A stretch of DNA of 64,000 nt, taken from Raillietiella orientalis. Lineage: Eukaryota. Each line of letters begins with the position of its first letter. Positions within the stretch are counted from its first letter, which is position 1. Both the position numbers and the translations under genes were made by a program. Where the stretch lies: contig JAYWIR010000023.1 of NCBI GenBank assembly GCA_036172245.1, forward strand, positions 992,001-1,056,000. The letters run 5' to 3'. The notes beneath the pieces are model-generated. The model worked only from the letters and a program-made list of their open reading frames with translations. It was not told the origin of the DNA and ran no database searches. Shown here in pieces: positions 1 through 14,753 of this stretch.

Positions 1-2686
1 AGGGCGGCTTTTCCAAAAGATGTACTTTTTGGATTGCTTATCGAGTTCATCTTTTTCTATTGGTGTGGGAATGCACAATCTCACTCCATCTGATTTCAAG
101 CTAAAAATATGTCCGTGGTTCCTAAGAACAGTCTGCATGCCACCACATGCATGCTTGAGCAGCAGCAATTCTTGTTGGGAGAATAAATGCACCAATTCAC
201 TAATGCTTGCTACACCACCAGCATTCCATGTTCCATCTTTGATACAGGGCATATTTAGTAAATGAATTGCACACTTCTGTATTACATTGCTAACATATTC
301 AAATGGCAACTGAGAACCATTTAGAACAGGAATTTCAGGAGACCTAGGCACAAAATGCTTCTTTGTTGTAAGCAATTGACTGATGCTCTTCTTCCAAATA
401 GACCACTGGTGTGGGGGATAAACCCTTCCTTGGCTTATTAAACAGTATCGTTTTGTTGATGGGATGCGTAATCTGTCTTCTTCAATGAGAAAACCACATT
501 TCTGGGATAACTGCGCTAGATATGTCTGGTACTCTGTATAGACACTAAGGTTAGCATTCTTTCGCTGGTATTTTCCATATAAGTCATGGGGACAACATGG
601 TAACAAAAAAAAATTAGTCAATGCGGAGCTTTGGGCAGCAATAATAGGAATCCAAGGAGTGAGTTCATCTGAATGATTTCCAATTATCCAGGAAGCATCA
701 TCAAATGAACAAGTTTCAGGATGAATGGTCACTTCCTAAAAATGTAACATCAGAACATGCAAATTACATGAGAAACAATAGGTTATATTTGAACACTTGC
801 AGGGTACGTTTTTCTTTTCTTTTATGTTTCAACACAATTAAAGTCTTTATATTCTTTTGGTGCAGTAGCTGTGCTAGCATCTTAATGTAGTATACTAATA
901 CTTCCAAGGAGAAATGCATGGAAAAGTTTATTCAGTAACCAATTGAATCAATTTTTAGTGACTAAATATATTAAACTTTAATTATTTGCCTTATGCTTGT
1001 TGCCAGATATCAAAGAACACTAAAATTAGATTGGAATCAAGTGCCTAAAAGCATACTTTTGTGACCCCTATTACGCTTCATTATTATTTAGGCAAATTAG
1101 TCATTAATCTGCATAAGTAATGATTAAGCATTAGTGGAACATAAATGAATATTGTTTCAATTGTAAGTGGTGTTACATCATATTTAAGGTTGTACAAAGA
1201 AGCAAGTTGATCTACTGAATACTTTCTGTTGCAGCACAATTCCTGTTTTTTCTGCACTTGCAAAATACTACTTTCTTAATTACAAGTAATGACACTAACC
1301 TTTAAAATTGTTTCTGAATCTGGATATGAATCCCATATTCTTCTCTTTTTCATATCAATCCCAAAACCATCGTACCCTTCACTATTGAGAAGATGAACCA
1401 ATAAACCATTGCCACATCCAACATCAACAAACTTAACAACTGAATGTGCATTTTGCCACAATGCTATCAAATAAGAAGCAATGGCAATATCTTCAAATAC
1501 AAATTTTTGAGGATCAGTGTTTTCCTTCCAGTCCTTCAAACACAAAGTTATTAAGTATGATGAGAAAAAATTATAAAATTATAAACCACAATTTTGTGAA
1601 CACACAATACATGTCCATGCATAAGCTAAATATGCACGTAATTGATAACATTCACCTTGACTTCACTTCAAAGCAACTTTCTAAACAAGACCATCATAAG
1701 TTGTAACTTCCTTACCTTTGACAAAAGTGTTCCATATTTTAACTTCAGTTTACTATATATATTGAAATACAGTTCTTTATTTATTAGACTTAATGAATTT
1801 CTAACTTTTCCTATGTCTACTGATGCAAAAGAACTCATCTTTTTGAACAAAACATATTCAATCCAGGGAGGAGGACATTTATCCTTCTTATACCACAATT
1901 CCAACTGAGACTGTTGGAGAATAAATGCATACACTTCACTTGGAAAACCCTGGATTATATGATGCTTCTTTGAAAAAGTCATTGGTACGAAAATTCCATA
2001 ATTGTCTCCTATTGTACAACAAACAGATTAAGTTCAACCATATTTCAAAGAGTACTAAGTGCTAGTAATTTCCAAGAACCAACACACACACATTACAACA
2101 AATCGGATTTCGGCACGATTGGATTGGGAGAAATACTTCCCATAAGGTATCGTGCGCTGACGGTTATTTATTTACACTCCAATAAGTGACCTGTGTACTT
2201 AAAAAAAATCTGATCTATTTCTTCTGAATAATATATAACACACAAAACTATTAAAATGACATTTTATTTTACAGACTGGGGTATAAACGCGCACATAAAT
2301 AATGAAAAAGCTGAGATCCAAGAAAAAAAAATACCTAATAAAACGATCTCATAAAATTCCATTTGCTGTTTGCATATTAATTTTCTTATTACCAAGAGGA
2401 AACTTTTTACTTCAGTCGTTTGTAATAAACCTGCATATAATAACACTTCGCTGAAAATGCTTTGTATTTCCTGGAAAGTTATGCTTTCAACAGTGAAGTT
2501 TTCGGCCGATGCAAAGTTCTCTTCATCTAATACCTGCAGTTCTTTCTTGACAACCATAACACTCCCATAAAGTTTTCGATTTAGAATGTGAGGATTTTCT
2601 AAATACAAACCCAAAGCTTTTCTAAACCTCAGTTCCGATGAAAAGCTGGCGTTGCAAATCAACTTTAAAAAACTGATGATGCCCAT
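1..2686 (-). CDS. TRMT44: tRNA (uracil-O(2)-)-methyltransferase Trm44, multi-exon, 3' end beyond window start
   Basis: In-phase GT-AG exons ~2686-2335, 2008-1716, 1534-1300, 735-<1. Motifs: TDPQKFVFEDIAIASYL, FVDVGCGNGLLVHLLNSEGYDGFGID, WIIGNHSDELTPWIP, FFLLPCCP, LRIPSTKR, CGGMQTVLRNH. Confidence 0.93.
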
Positions 2687-4149
2687 CGTGCTTGGCCTCA
2701 CGTGTAGGGTTCAATTTCGACAGAACAGTCCTGCCGTTCCCATGTTTGATTTTCTGTCCTGCGATAGCTAATAGACAATTGTACTTGTAAATCTGTGATT
2801 GGATTACTGTACTATACACATGCTTGCATGTAAAAATGTGATAAAAGCTAGGCTCTTCAGAGTTTGATAAAAGAAAGACGTTGTTCATTTAAAATTTGTA
2901 TTAATCTAGAAAATCCAAATTACGCTTTTCGAAGACACTGGATAATTAAGATAATAAAACACTTAATGGAAACACAAGTAATCAAAACTTGCTCCAAATG
3001 AATGACAGACAATACAGGAGGATTTTCATATACTATTCTGCATCAGAACCTGAATAATAATATTTCTTTTCGTGAGGGTAATACCCATTTTTGTGACAAA
3101 TAATGTTTACAGCCCGCTTTAAAATTTCATTTTTTTTTTTTCATTGAATTTCCCACAAGTCGTAGACTGAATGTTAACTTTTGACGAATGAGGCTACGTT
3201 TTTTCAGGCTAGTTCCTGAACAAAAAATGGGAAATAGATATTTTTGAATTAACGGAAAATCATTTATTTATAAAACCAAACGCAAAAAGAATATTTCCAC
3301 GAAGAAAATCGATTAGCAAAGAAATCTGTAACTATCTTCATCCTTTACTAAATATTGCCTAACAGAAATAAGAAAGAGATGGAAAAACATTATGTGCTTA
3401 ATAACCATAAGGGATCCGATTCAATACAGTGAATTTTCTATTTTATGATATACATAAATGAAATAAGAATAGTTCTAATCGTTTCAAAGGAGTTACATAA
3501 GATTAAATTTGTCCCACTGTCTGTAGAATTAGAACGCAGAGATCAACATCGGTGTACACAATTTTCTTATGATTTCTTAATGTTTAGCTAAGAACAAAAA
3601 TCTTTCAAAAACCAAAAAGCACAGACTTTTACAATACCGAGCTTTACTAACGCTCTTTTTCAGAGTCAAAAAACAAACAGCACAGGATATTTTTGTGAAG
3701 GTATGTCCAGCTTGATGGCATCATGCCCAAAAGAGTACCATGTAGCAGAGACTGCTGCTAGGGAAACATGCTCATAAAAAGCTGTAAATCTCAGAAAAGA
3801 TCTAGTTTTATTGAATAAGAATTAATGACTTGAATAATAAGACAGCAAGCAGTAGACGTGGTCGTGAATGAAACGACTGTGAACAAGAAATCCATGTTAC
3901 ATCATTTTCCGCATTTACTCTGGCTACTATAACGTCAACTATTTCTTACATTTTCCTGAACAGCAGATACGCCAATTATAATAACTGATAAGAACTTTGA
4001 CTAATGCGAAGTATTCGGAAACCTAACGAAAATTCAATCATTGCTATTATTTCTATCCAAGAGTCCCAGAATACGCCTCTAAAGTATAAATATCGAATTG
4101 AAAAATCGATTAGCATCTATTCCTACATCTGATCCCATCAGTTTTCTTC

Positions 4150-7100
4150 TTGGGAAGCACTCCAATATTTCATCAGGCATTTTGAATGTTTACTAATTAC
4201 AGTCTCTCTTCTCTCTTTCGTTTTCTTTTCATATTCATAGTCACACATTCTCTCTTGGGTTCTTCTTGGTTTCCAATCCATTCTCGTTCTTGCATGAATA
4301 GAAGATTCGTCATGTCCCCCGTGCATTACATCTTCTCCAGCGAACCATTCTCTCGCAACTTCAGAAAGCAATCTACGCTTTACCTGTTTCTTGTAGTTCT
4401 ATCCGAAAACAGTCAATCTTCATTTCGTACCTCAAGATTTCTCCTTCACCCCTACTCAATCATTGGTACAGCCTGAATGCTTGTGGGCTACTTTAGATAT
4501 CTTTGTTCATGATTTCACGAAGGATGCTCCAACTCAAATTCACTCCTTTTATCTTACCTATACTGATGGAATATGCAAAGAATTACCGGTTTCTAGTAGC
4601 ACTGAAAAATATTAAATCCATGCAGCATTCAATTTCATTTTGATCTATTCTCCATGTTAAAAATCTCTTCACAAGTTGTGCATATTTTCTTGGGGTTAAC
4701 AGTCCCCCGAGGTTGACAAGGAAGAACCACCCCAGCAACTTACCACACATCATGAGTGTATATGCCCGTGCCATTTTGAGGTGTGCTGAGTTCGTTCGTC
4801 TCAAAGAATAATTGATTAGGCTTCAGGCTTGGGGGAACTGAATCTATCGACGAAAACCATGTTTTCACACTGACTGATTTTCAATGCAAGATAGTCGCTC
4901 CATTCTCCGAAATCTAAATAAACCAGAAAGAACGCTGTAAACGCCATCTCCGAAAGAGTGAATAGAGGTTTATTTTCTCAAGCAGAGGTGATCGGGACCC
5001 GCGGAAGTGGGTCTTCGTACCCACAACAGCTACAGCTTAGCTACAGCTTCCTGTTATATTTGAAAGTTTGGTGTGGTTACTATAGGGATATTTTAGGATC
5101 ACTTTTACCATCTTTTCGATTCCTTCATTCAGCGATAGTCGTGCTGACAAAGCTTTCATGCCATGACGATTAATCATGACACAGAAGGAAAAATATATTA
5201 GTCTGTGGTGCGTTTCCAAACCAGTACCTTGTTCCTTGTGTTAGATTCTCAGCTGCGATACATATGTTAGTTGCTGAAACAGTGTCGTGCACAAGCTTAA
5301 TACAAATACCATCTCCTAACTGCTGGAAGCGGCTCATGTAGTTGTTCCAGGCTTGGTTCGCTCGTTTGATAGACTAGACTTTGTACAATGTTTGTTCTAC
5401 TCTTGCTGAGAGATCTCTAGTTCCTGCAGGACTACGTCATTTTGATGAGCCCATGAGCATCCACTATTGGTGCTCGGACTGATGTCTGCATTTCTCCGGA
5501 AGAGAAACGGTGGAATGAGAACAGTCTGCAATGTATTTGTTCTCCTTCCTATGTCATGCCTCCTCAAATGCTGCAGACGATTTTCCAAGGTAGAAGCACA
5601 CCTACAAGCTCATTATTCGGTTTTCTTTTTGGATTACCAAGTCCTGCTGAGTTTTTGAGCCGGCTTTTGAGATGGGTGCAAACTTTGCTACAAGCCACCA
5701 GCTCCCACAGTTCCTGCCTCTACTCTCTTATTTGATCTATTAGATTCTCATATATAGTAGACGCGAAAAGAACCTATCTTATCAATTCTCAAATGATTAC
5801 TAAGAGTTTGGAAGCTGAACACTTTGGAAGATTCACTTGGGGATAGTTTCAAAAAGTCAGTTGATGGGAAAAAGCCATAATTTTTTTGGAATTAATTTTC
5901 TGTTATACGGTATAATGCCAAAAAGGAAGCGAGTAGATCCGACCAATGACAGCAAAACACACAAAGATTATACGGGATCAGTTGTCAGAGGACAACGCGG
6001 AGAATCGTAAGGGTAATGCATACTCGTTGCAGAATCCACGTGGCAGAGATGGAAGTGGGCACCTTACTCACTCCCATTTCTGCCAACGAAAGCCAGAGAA
6101 GATTCCACAGATCACTGAATACTGGAAAATATCACAAAAGTATCACAAGAGCAGTGCATTCCTTCCAGTTGATCTCATATCATTGAAGACAGACGGCGTT
6201 GTTGTCCATACTATATTAACCAGAAAATTCCTTCCCTTGATCTAATGGAATCTCCTATAATGACTGGACATTGGTGGATTCGGAGACAGCAGTGCTGACA
6301 GAAAGCTATAAGTCTCACGTTCAGTAGAACTGTGTCCATGAATGCTTCCAGTATATGGCACTTCACACCTTGTTTCGAGAACACTAGACATTGAGCTGGG
6401 CTGAATGGATCGGTATCAGAAAATCACAGAAAGTCTCTTGTAAAGAAAAAATGGTTTGGCGTACTTTGGAACCCTAGATAGGGCATGATCTTCCTTTGAT
6501 TTCGATGATTTGTAACGAGCGTGCTACGCATGTTGCGGTCACATCCGAGAACTGCGACGGCTATTTTGGACTTATCTTTGTATGACGTCCCCTGTGCCCT
6601 TACACGAAAGGAGACATAATGGCTTGTCATGTGTCCTTGTAGGTTTGGTTCATCTTCTCCTTTTTCGAATTTTCCAGGAAAATCTCCAGGTATTATCCCC
6701 GAGATCTGTGTCTGTGGGTTCGCCTAGTATTCTGTTGGCAGCTACGCACTCAGGGTTTCCCGGGAGAGTTCAGGGATAGCTGAGTCCGAGGGCAAGAGGA
6801 ACTGGAAGCAGCTCTCTACGAGGGAGACATCGACTTGATTGTAGAGGTTCATGATATTGAGGTTCTGAGAAGTCATCGTAGATGCCCGTTTGCTATTGGG
6901 TGGTAGATGAAGGTTCATTCATTGCTTTATGATGAAGAATTATTCATATATTTGCCAATTTTCTCATTATGTAATGCCAATATTCGTCCTAGTATAGGTC
7001 AACCTTAGATGATTAATGAGGCTGGGAAAGAAGAGTATTTTTAAGGTATCCCTCTCCTGTCAAGCAGGAAGTGTGCAGTCTAAAATGGTCTCTGATTTAG

Positions 7101-9300
7101 CGAAAATCTACCCTTTGTGGACTCTTACCAGAATACTTCCGTCTCGAACAGCTTCCCAAATATTTATGAGCTTCTTAGGATTGTAAGTTAAGGATGTGCT
7201 CTCTGCCTTCCTTGCCCCTATAAATGTTCTTTCTGAGCAGTGAAGGGTGGATACAATTCCTGGGGATCACAGTGGCCTCAGTTCTCGAACAGCGATCCAT
7301 CAGCATTTCAGGACACATTTTAACTCACCTTCTGACTCCATTAATAGCTCCAAAAGAGGAGTTGAGAAGTATTCACCGAATGAGATTTTCAATCTGCTGA
7401 GAATGGGTTCGACTTGGACATCCTCTCCTCTCCTCTCATGGAATACGTATATTCGTTTGGACTAAGGTAATTTATCCTCATACATATGTTCGATCATCCT
7501 CGAGGAGTCCCTTCCAACTTCTGCTTCTTCCAGTGCCTAATGAAAGCGCATGTGATACCTTTCCGAGCACGTTTTCGAGATCAACAGAGGCAATGCAGAG
7601 GTCTCTCAAGCACTGTCTATTGTCGCTCGATCGCGTCTGGCAGACCAAGTTTTACTCAAGAACCCCGTCGAAAAGCAAGAACACTTTTACATGTGGGCAG
7701 ATGATACCGTCGTCTAAGATCCATTTGGAAAGTCCAAGCAACGACGTCACGTGTAATGGTAGATATTGTATATAATGAGATTTAACGTCTAGTTATTTAT
7801 GCTTCTGAAATCGTGGACTTCTTTCCTACTGGGAAGGAATGACAGCAGACAATCGACCGGGAAGGAGTTCTCCTGAACAATTGCAAGAGCAGCGAAACTG
7901 TTCATAGGGTAGACTGCAGGCCATTTAGCAGAACGCGGTGCTGACCACATCGAATCTGATAATTCAGGGGATAGTGCTCTGGCAGGAAGCCTGTAGGGAT
8001 TACTGAAGAGACGGTGATCCTTCAAATCTGCTTGGACCACTCCGTGCTACCCTTTGCACTCCAGCAAGCGATGGCACTGTAAGTGCACCGAGGATTTTCA
8101 TGCAATCCGCGATGTCACTTATGAACCTGCGGTGGTTCCTCCCTGAAATCGGTGAGGTTCGATAACATCTGGACGATCCCTCACCTCTTGCTGGAGTTTG
8201 CTATCCTTCTGATGGGATGGCAGAGGGTGGCCGAAGCCCTCTCTCATCCACACGCCATCCCCTTAAACCATAAGAGGCGATTGTTCCCCAAAGGTTCTCC
8301 ACGGCCGCGGTGGTCATGATACTGTACCATTGAGTTATGTTCGCGGCTTCGCAGTGGCATGCTCAAAAATACAAAAGCTCCAGGTACGCAGAGAAGGCCA
8401 TGCTTTTGTCTAATAACATGGTGCGTTGAGACAGCAAATGTCCTGAAGGCGAATTATGAGGAAAACATCCTCATCACAGGGTAGTGGCTAATGGATGGTA
8501 GAACTGGATTTTGCATTGATTCCTGTCTACCCTTGGAACTTGTCACCAATCACGTAATTTTTATTTGTTCATTGTCCCTCTCTTTAGTGCATCCATCCCT
8601 TCTTCTACGAGCTGAACTATGGATGGACCTGATTGGATCTCTCACAGGGAGAAACAACCTTCCTCCTGCTTGTTTCTTCATGGTTTTGAATTAAATGTCC
8701 CTGCTCAACCGAGCTGCAAGTCTCTAGTAAACCACGATCTCCAGGAATAGCTTGCTAATGCTATGACTAAGAATCAAATTCATCTAATCTCATTATATTC
8801 ATCACATGCGCTTCATTCATTATTTATTCTACCGATTCTACAATGCATACTTCCTCATACTAAGCCCAGAGGATTAGCTTTATTCTTATTTATGTAAATC
8901 ATCTTAAAGTTCTACCGTGCGTTACTCCTCTGATTCATCAGATTAATCATAAGTCTAGAATTAGGAATCTGGAATAATTAGATTCCACTTACGATTACTT
9001 CCTATCATTTACAACTTTTAATGAATGGCTGCAATCATTCTGACAAAAATGAATCTTTCTGTTCGTAATTTCCATCGCTTAACCACTGTTGTCTTCATTC
9101 CAACGCTACTTAAGGCTATCCTCTCTCCTAAAATAGTCCGAAGACGGATTTCAACCTCTTCCATTTGATTCATAGTAATCCATTCGCTGCCTCCCTCAAC
9201 TAGCCACTTCAGAGACTGTTTGCAGTTTTGTACAAGGTTGTACAGATCGAACCGCGCGATTTTTCAAGAGCACCGATTTCCGCAGAAGAAATGGAAAGCA
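4150..9300 (-). mobile_element. Heavily decayed non-LTR retrotransposon (APE-type LINE relic)
   Basis: GC-richer tract without a long ORF. Faint minus-strand traces in LINE order: Cys/His knuckle-like (~7900-8100), endonuclease-like (~6250-7750), RT-like (~4450-4900). Boundaries approximate. Confidence 0.45.
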
Positions 9301-9479
9301 CTGGATGTGGAACAAGCAGTACCCAATACCAACCGATAGAAGTATCAAGTTGTCTCTACCGTAACAGATGATTCTTAAACATGAATTGACCACTAATGAA
9401 CACGTCATGAGATCTTTATTGGAAAGTAGAAAAAGACAAGAACTCTTTTGTTTTCCATCCTGGGACTGTGTTCATCCAT

Positions 9480-10130
9480 TTATCATGATCACTTTGCAAA
9501 AATACGCATTCATCCTCGCAGAAATGCATTATCGTCAAAAGATTTAGCCAAAGCTGCTAGCATGGCTGCTTATATACTCGGTGCCCTCCCTACTGATCCA
9601 GTTAGTGTGTACTTTGGTGGAACTTGTGATTAATAATTATTTAGAGTCTCCTTTGCTTCCAAAAGATAGCAAAGGAGGATACACCATAAATAGAATAAAT
9701 AGAACAGAGGGAATAGGAAACAAGATAGCTATTAACGTCTAAGAGCTTCAAGGATTGATAGCAATTATGTGTGGTCAGTGGAATGAAAGGACATTTGCAT
9801 TTTTGATGAAAGCCACGCTCTACTGTACAAAAACGCTTTAATGCTGAGGTGTGAGAAGTTTCATGAATGAAAAATGAAACAGAAAATGAATGCACCATGT
9901 AATCAGACTCGCGACAGAACTTCATAAATTTGGCAGTGGTACTGTGGTTTCGAGAAAGAATGAGCACTGGAAGGAACTGGTTGAGCATCGAGAATCCCTT
10001 GCGGACGGCTATTTATTGAATCATAATATTCAACCATTCAGCCATCCTAAGGGGATTCTCCATGCTCAACTATTTCCTTCCAGTGCTCAGAACAAGGTAT
10101 CCACGATAACGCAAACTTGAAGTCATGCTA
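9480..10130 (+). mobile_element. Degenerate RNase H domain of a non-LTR retrotransposon
   Basis: Translated fragments PVSVYFGGT, ELQGL, DESHAL and RKNEHWKELVE loosely follow the RNase H pattern (YTDGS / AEL / SDS / GNExADxLAK). Stops and frameshifts present. Confidence 0.35.
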
Positions 10131-10879
10131 GGATAAATTCGGGATGGAATCCATTACTGTGATGAAGGTAACAGAAACCGTAACCTAAATATTATAAAAC
10201 TTAAACTGATATTTACAAATACAACAAATTATAATTTCACTTTTCAGGTGCTTTGAAATAAACTGTTCCTTTAAATTAAGTTCCTTTATGACTGTTCCTT
10301 CATTAAATTTAAATTATTTTTTCGCGCATGTGTTTTTAAGTGTTTAGTCTCACCAACATTTTAAAGTAAACTTTCTTAATCTGAAAATACTCGGAGCATC
10401 AAGTATGCTCATTAAAGTGCCTTATGGATAAGACAATTCTATTAGATTATACTCATTTTGATCTGAATGAGAACAAACAACTGCTTCCTTCTGATTACTT
10501 AAGGTAAAATGGAGTTTTTGTAATCTGTTCGGGGCATATATTAAGAAAATTACCTTTCCCCAGTATTATGGACCAAGCAACAGGAAAGTATTTTAAATCA
10601 AAGAGTAAATTTAAATTGTGGCTGTGAAGAGGCTCCAGGACAGGAAAGAAAGGGAAAATGAATTTAGGAAGACACAATAAAATTATATGAAGTTAGAGAA
10701 AAGCTTATTTTTGCCGAGATTTAACTGCTATGCTTCCAGTGTTGAATAGACAGAAATCAAGTTCAAAAGTGGCTTCAATAAACAAATAATTATATCACAA
10801 AATGATATTTTTTCTTCAATGGGTAAAATCATGCAGCCTTCGGCAACTCGAAATCCGATGCAGGCGCACTTGCTTTGGA

Positions 10880-13250
10880 AACGGAAATTTCCGTATCACA
10901 CCAATCACAGCATTCACATAGCATTTTAACGAGAGTGGTGCATAGGCTCTTCATCTAATGCAGATATCCAAGTTACCAAAGAGTATAGTTGTGGCAGCTG
11001 AAAAGACTACAATTTGTTCTGCCCTTTTCAGAGATCCAGATGATTACCTTCCGTGCAGATCCAAACAAACAGGAAGCACAAATGCAGGACTTCGCCACTT
11101 CACAAAGAGCGAGCTGTTATGCTTTCGATCTTCTTTCTCTCTGTGAATTTTGAGAAGAAAGGAAACTTTAAATGATAGTCGCGAAAGGCTTCATGTAGAC
11201 AGTTGAACACCTCGATCATTTCACCAATGACGTACCGGAAAGTCTAAAATAACGCCCAGAATAAACAGTGCCGCAGAATTCATTAAAAATTCCTAATGAA
11301 CAAGCGATTTGAGTTTCGTGCAAGTGTAATGCACTGCACGTGATGATTAAATTTTCCTGGCCTCAAAAGTCTGACTTTGAATCAACTGTGACTGATCAGT
11401 TGATCTCCATCAATTTTAATTGCTGTGGTATTATCAGATGCCGTTTTTCGCCTTAGAAAAGCACTATGAACCTAAAGCCATCTATGAACAACAAATCAGC
11501 AGCAATTTTTTTCGAGGAAAACCTTGCAATCTTTTAATAAATTCCTGGATCAACCATTTCGACAAAAGATACACAACGGATCATCTGCGAATTAAGTTTT
11601 ACAGCTTATCCTATACCAATAATACCATTCCTGATCACTCCTTGTTTGAGCAATTTCGTACTTTTGATACCCGTCCAGAAAAGCAGAAAAAAGTCCTAGA
11701 TTGTTCCTGGAAAGTTTCGAAGCGGAGTTAATGTAATGGAAAGCAATGAATATACTCATATTCAGGCATCAAGGTTGTCTCTTAACGGTAACTGTATTCC
11801 TTGAATTAAGATTACAGGTAGTTCGTGATTCTTACAAATGTGTTGAATGAAATAGTCCAATTCTTCGAATTCGCACTATTCGAACATATAATTACATGGA
11901 AAACATGCAATTGGTTCCAGCTTAAGAGAAAAAGGCAATGAAATGTTTCGAAGTTTTTTAGGTGCTTGCTAAGGAAATATTACCATATAGAATAAAAAAG
12001 AATGCCTGTAAAATCTAAATTTAGGGTTAACCAAGTCACAGAGTAGTTATAGCAGGCAAAACAAAATCAAAAAAATTATAATATCCATGAAAGCAAGTTT
12101 ATACAGACAAAAATTCCTTTATTGCTTTTTCAAATATTTTGGAAGCGTAGACTGCTCTTTTACTTTCCTTCGAATCTTCACACATGTAAAATGCTGTATT
12201 TATATGTATCAGTGAATTTTCATGCCTCGACCGAAGTTAGGATCTGCATCCATAATTTTTGGCTTCTCAACTTCTACAGACTGGTATACCTTCAGATTCC
12301 TGGAGGATGAAGTCTTTCACTTGCACATTATTGCACTCCTTGACATTATCTGCTTCTTCAAATACTCTTTGGTGATCTAAAAGCAAATCGGTCACTTCTT
12401 CCGAATCTTCACTTTCTAGTCCATAGAATTTTGTAATTTATTAATTCCAAGTGCTCTCCAGATATTTATTTCCTCTATAAAGGTTTTTTCTTGGAAATCA
12501 AACTTTTGCTTTAATATAATAATGTGGCCTCTTCCTTTTGCACTTGTGATTATTTTTATTTGAAAAAAAAACCATCTTGTCCACTTTATTGGGGAGCTTT
12601 CTAAAACAGTTCATGAAAAGTAATGATTACGACAGCCAGCAGCACAGGCACATGAGAAGACATGCGAGTTCGGACTGAAGTGATATGCACCTCGAAACAA
12701 GAACCTGGAAATCTGAATGTGAATGCACCTGAGCACATTGACTGAATTTTGGTTTGGATTGAACATGACTTGGATTCTTGAAATCATTTGCGCTAAATCG
12801 AATTCACATCAATCCGCGGAGTCTGCCTGTACTTCTCGATTTGCGTGAATTTGAAACAAGCAAAGCGCAGACTATTGGATGCTGGACTCTTCTTTTATGT
12901 ATCACTCCCTCTTCATGCATTTTACGCATCATTTTCAACATTTGTTTATTATGCTCCGAAACCCATACTGCCATTACATTGTTGTCAATATTCTATGAAT
13001 ATACTTGTTTCGTGAAACAAAAAATTTTGCTTGCAGCCGTAAAAAGTATTTAAAGACAAAAACTTTTCCAAAGAAATTTTGGGGTCGTGATAGATCGTTC
13101 TGGACGTCTGACAGTCTCAAATGCAAGTATCAACAAGATATTCGATTCAAAAATGGGAGCAAAATCCCCAGAACGATCAAAAATAGACTATTTGCCCGAT
13201 TTGCATCTTTTTGCACCCCCATGTGGTACACAACACAAATTAGACATACA
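10880..13250 (-). mobile_element. Possible decayed DNA-transposon relic with THAP-, SWIM- and YqaJ-like traces (ISL2EU-like)
   Basis: Minus-strand fragments MSNLCCVP...VRRPERSITTPK (THAP-like), FEVHIT...SCACAAGCRNH (SWIM-like), EARK..IITCS and CDWCD (YqaJ-like). Very degenerate. Confidence 0.28.
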
Positions 13251-14012
13251 ATCCGTTATTACTCCAGCATACGTCCCATCAAAATGAGCTTTTTCAAATA
13301 CACTCTGGTTCGCTTCTAACAAATCGAATTTTTGAAGGGAAATAGATTGTCCCTTCAAATCTTCATCCCACATGATGACAATTTTCAATAAAGCATCATA
13401 TAAGTAATTATGTTTCCAGTTATGCTTTCTTGTTCATCACAAATCATATATCCACAAAATACGTAATTCTATCTGGTTAATGTATCGGAAATGGATAAAC
13501 CTTCCAAGACAACATATAGTGGTATTCACAATAGCAACTACATTCTCCATTCTCAACTTGGACTAATGCAAGTGTAAAAGAAATCCCGATAAATCTGCAA
13601 ATGATTGCCCACCATACTTGCATTCATATCATTTCTAATACATTTTACTTCGCCTTAATACTAAGCCACCTGCTATGTTGAATATACAACACAATAACAT
13701 TACATTAAAAAATAATATAGTCCATTTCATATAGCTACCCTGTTATACATATGAATTATCTCTTGTGTAAACAATGCTGCTGCATTAATGAAGATACTGA
13801 GGAGCTATTATATATGAAAAATGGGAAATCAAACTGTTACAAATGCTGATATGCACTTTAGTTGAGAAATCCACATCCAAATCATGCTTATGAAATGTAG
13901 AATTTTAAACAACAGTGATTAAATCATTAAAATGAATATAAACACTTCCTAAATACAAAGTTCACCTGTTAAACAATATTTATATCAGTCAGAGTAGCAT
14001 AGATGAAGCAAC

Positions 14013-14753
14013 TCAGTTGCGCAATTTTATGTTTGAATATAGTGGATTAGACAAATCTGATCCATTTTTGGTAAAATCAACTGTTGGCTTTTCATGTTCC
14101 TCGGCCAGTCGATACAAATTTCTATATGTAGACCTAACAACAACTTTCAAGTTAAGCTTCTCTTCTGAATCTGATGGATGTGCATTTTGACAGATGAATT
14201 CCTAAAATATCAGCAATATAAGTGTCACACACCCAAATTATTATGAGCATTCATCTATTACTGACCTTCATAACAGGAGGACATGGTAGAGTTCTTGGCA
14301 GAATTCTCAAGGGAGCATCAGCAAATTTCACAATATCTTGAAAACGACAAATGTGATTCTCATCTCTTTTATGGATGAGCTGAAAATCTGGCTGAAAAGC
14401 TATATCCGAAATATCAACAAGTTCTGGCATTAAAATCCCACGGAAAACTTCCTCAACCAAAACATGACCATACCTCAGCTCCTACAAAAGCAAGACACAG
14501 TACCTAAGCTATGTGCTAAAAAAACAATCACAAGCTTTTTTTAATTTGTCATAATGAATAGCAAAGATTTTCACCGTACAACATCCATAACTGGTTCTGC
14601 TTTTATGATCCTATAAAAGGAAGGCTCCTGATATTTCTGGTGATGACTTTTTATAAGTATTCTATCTTTACCAAAATTTTTAAGATTTAAAACAATCTCC
14701 CATAATGTTCTTCCTTTGAACTTTGTAGGTATTCCAATATACTTTACAGGCAT
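14013..14753 (-). CDS. mRpS34: Mitochondrial ribosomal protein S34 (mS34), 3 coding exons
   Basis: MPVKYIGIPTKFKGRTLWEIVLNLKNFGKDRIL...EPSFYRII...VEEVFRG...PDFQLI. Exons ~14753-14583, 14481-14266, 14201-14013 with GT-AG introns. Confidence 0.9.

Noticed and set aside
2100..2215. Extra TRMT44 exon implying a frameshift
   Set aside because: The 2335 donor splices in phase directly to 2008, so no extra exon is needed.
8215..8262. GGGATGGC...GCCATCCC hairpin as a ribozyme
   Set aside because: No HDV-like or hammerhead core is identifiable; it lies inside a decayed LINE.
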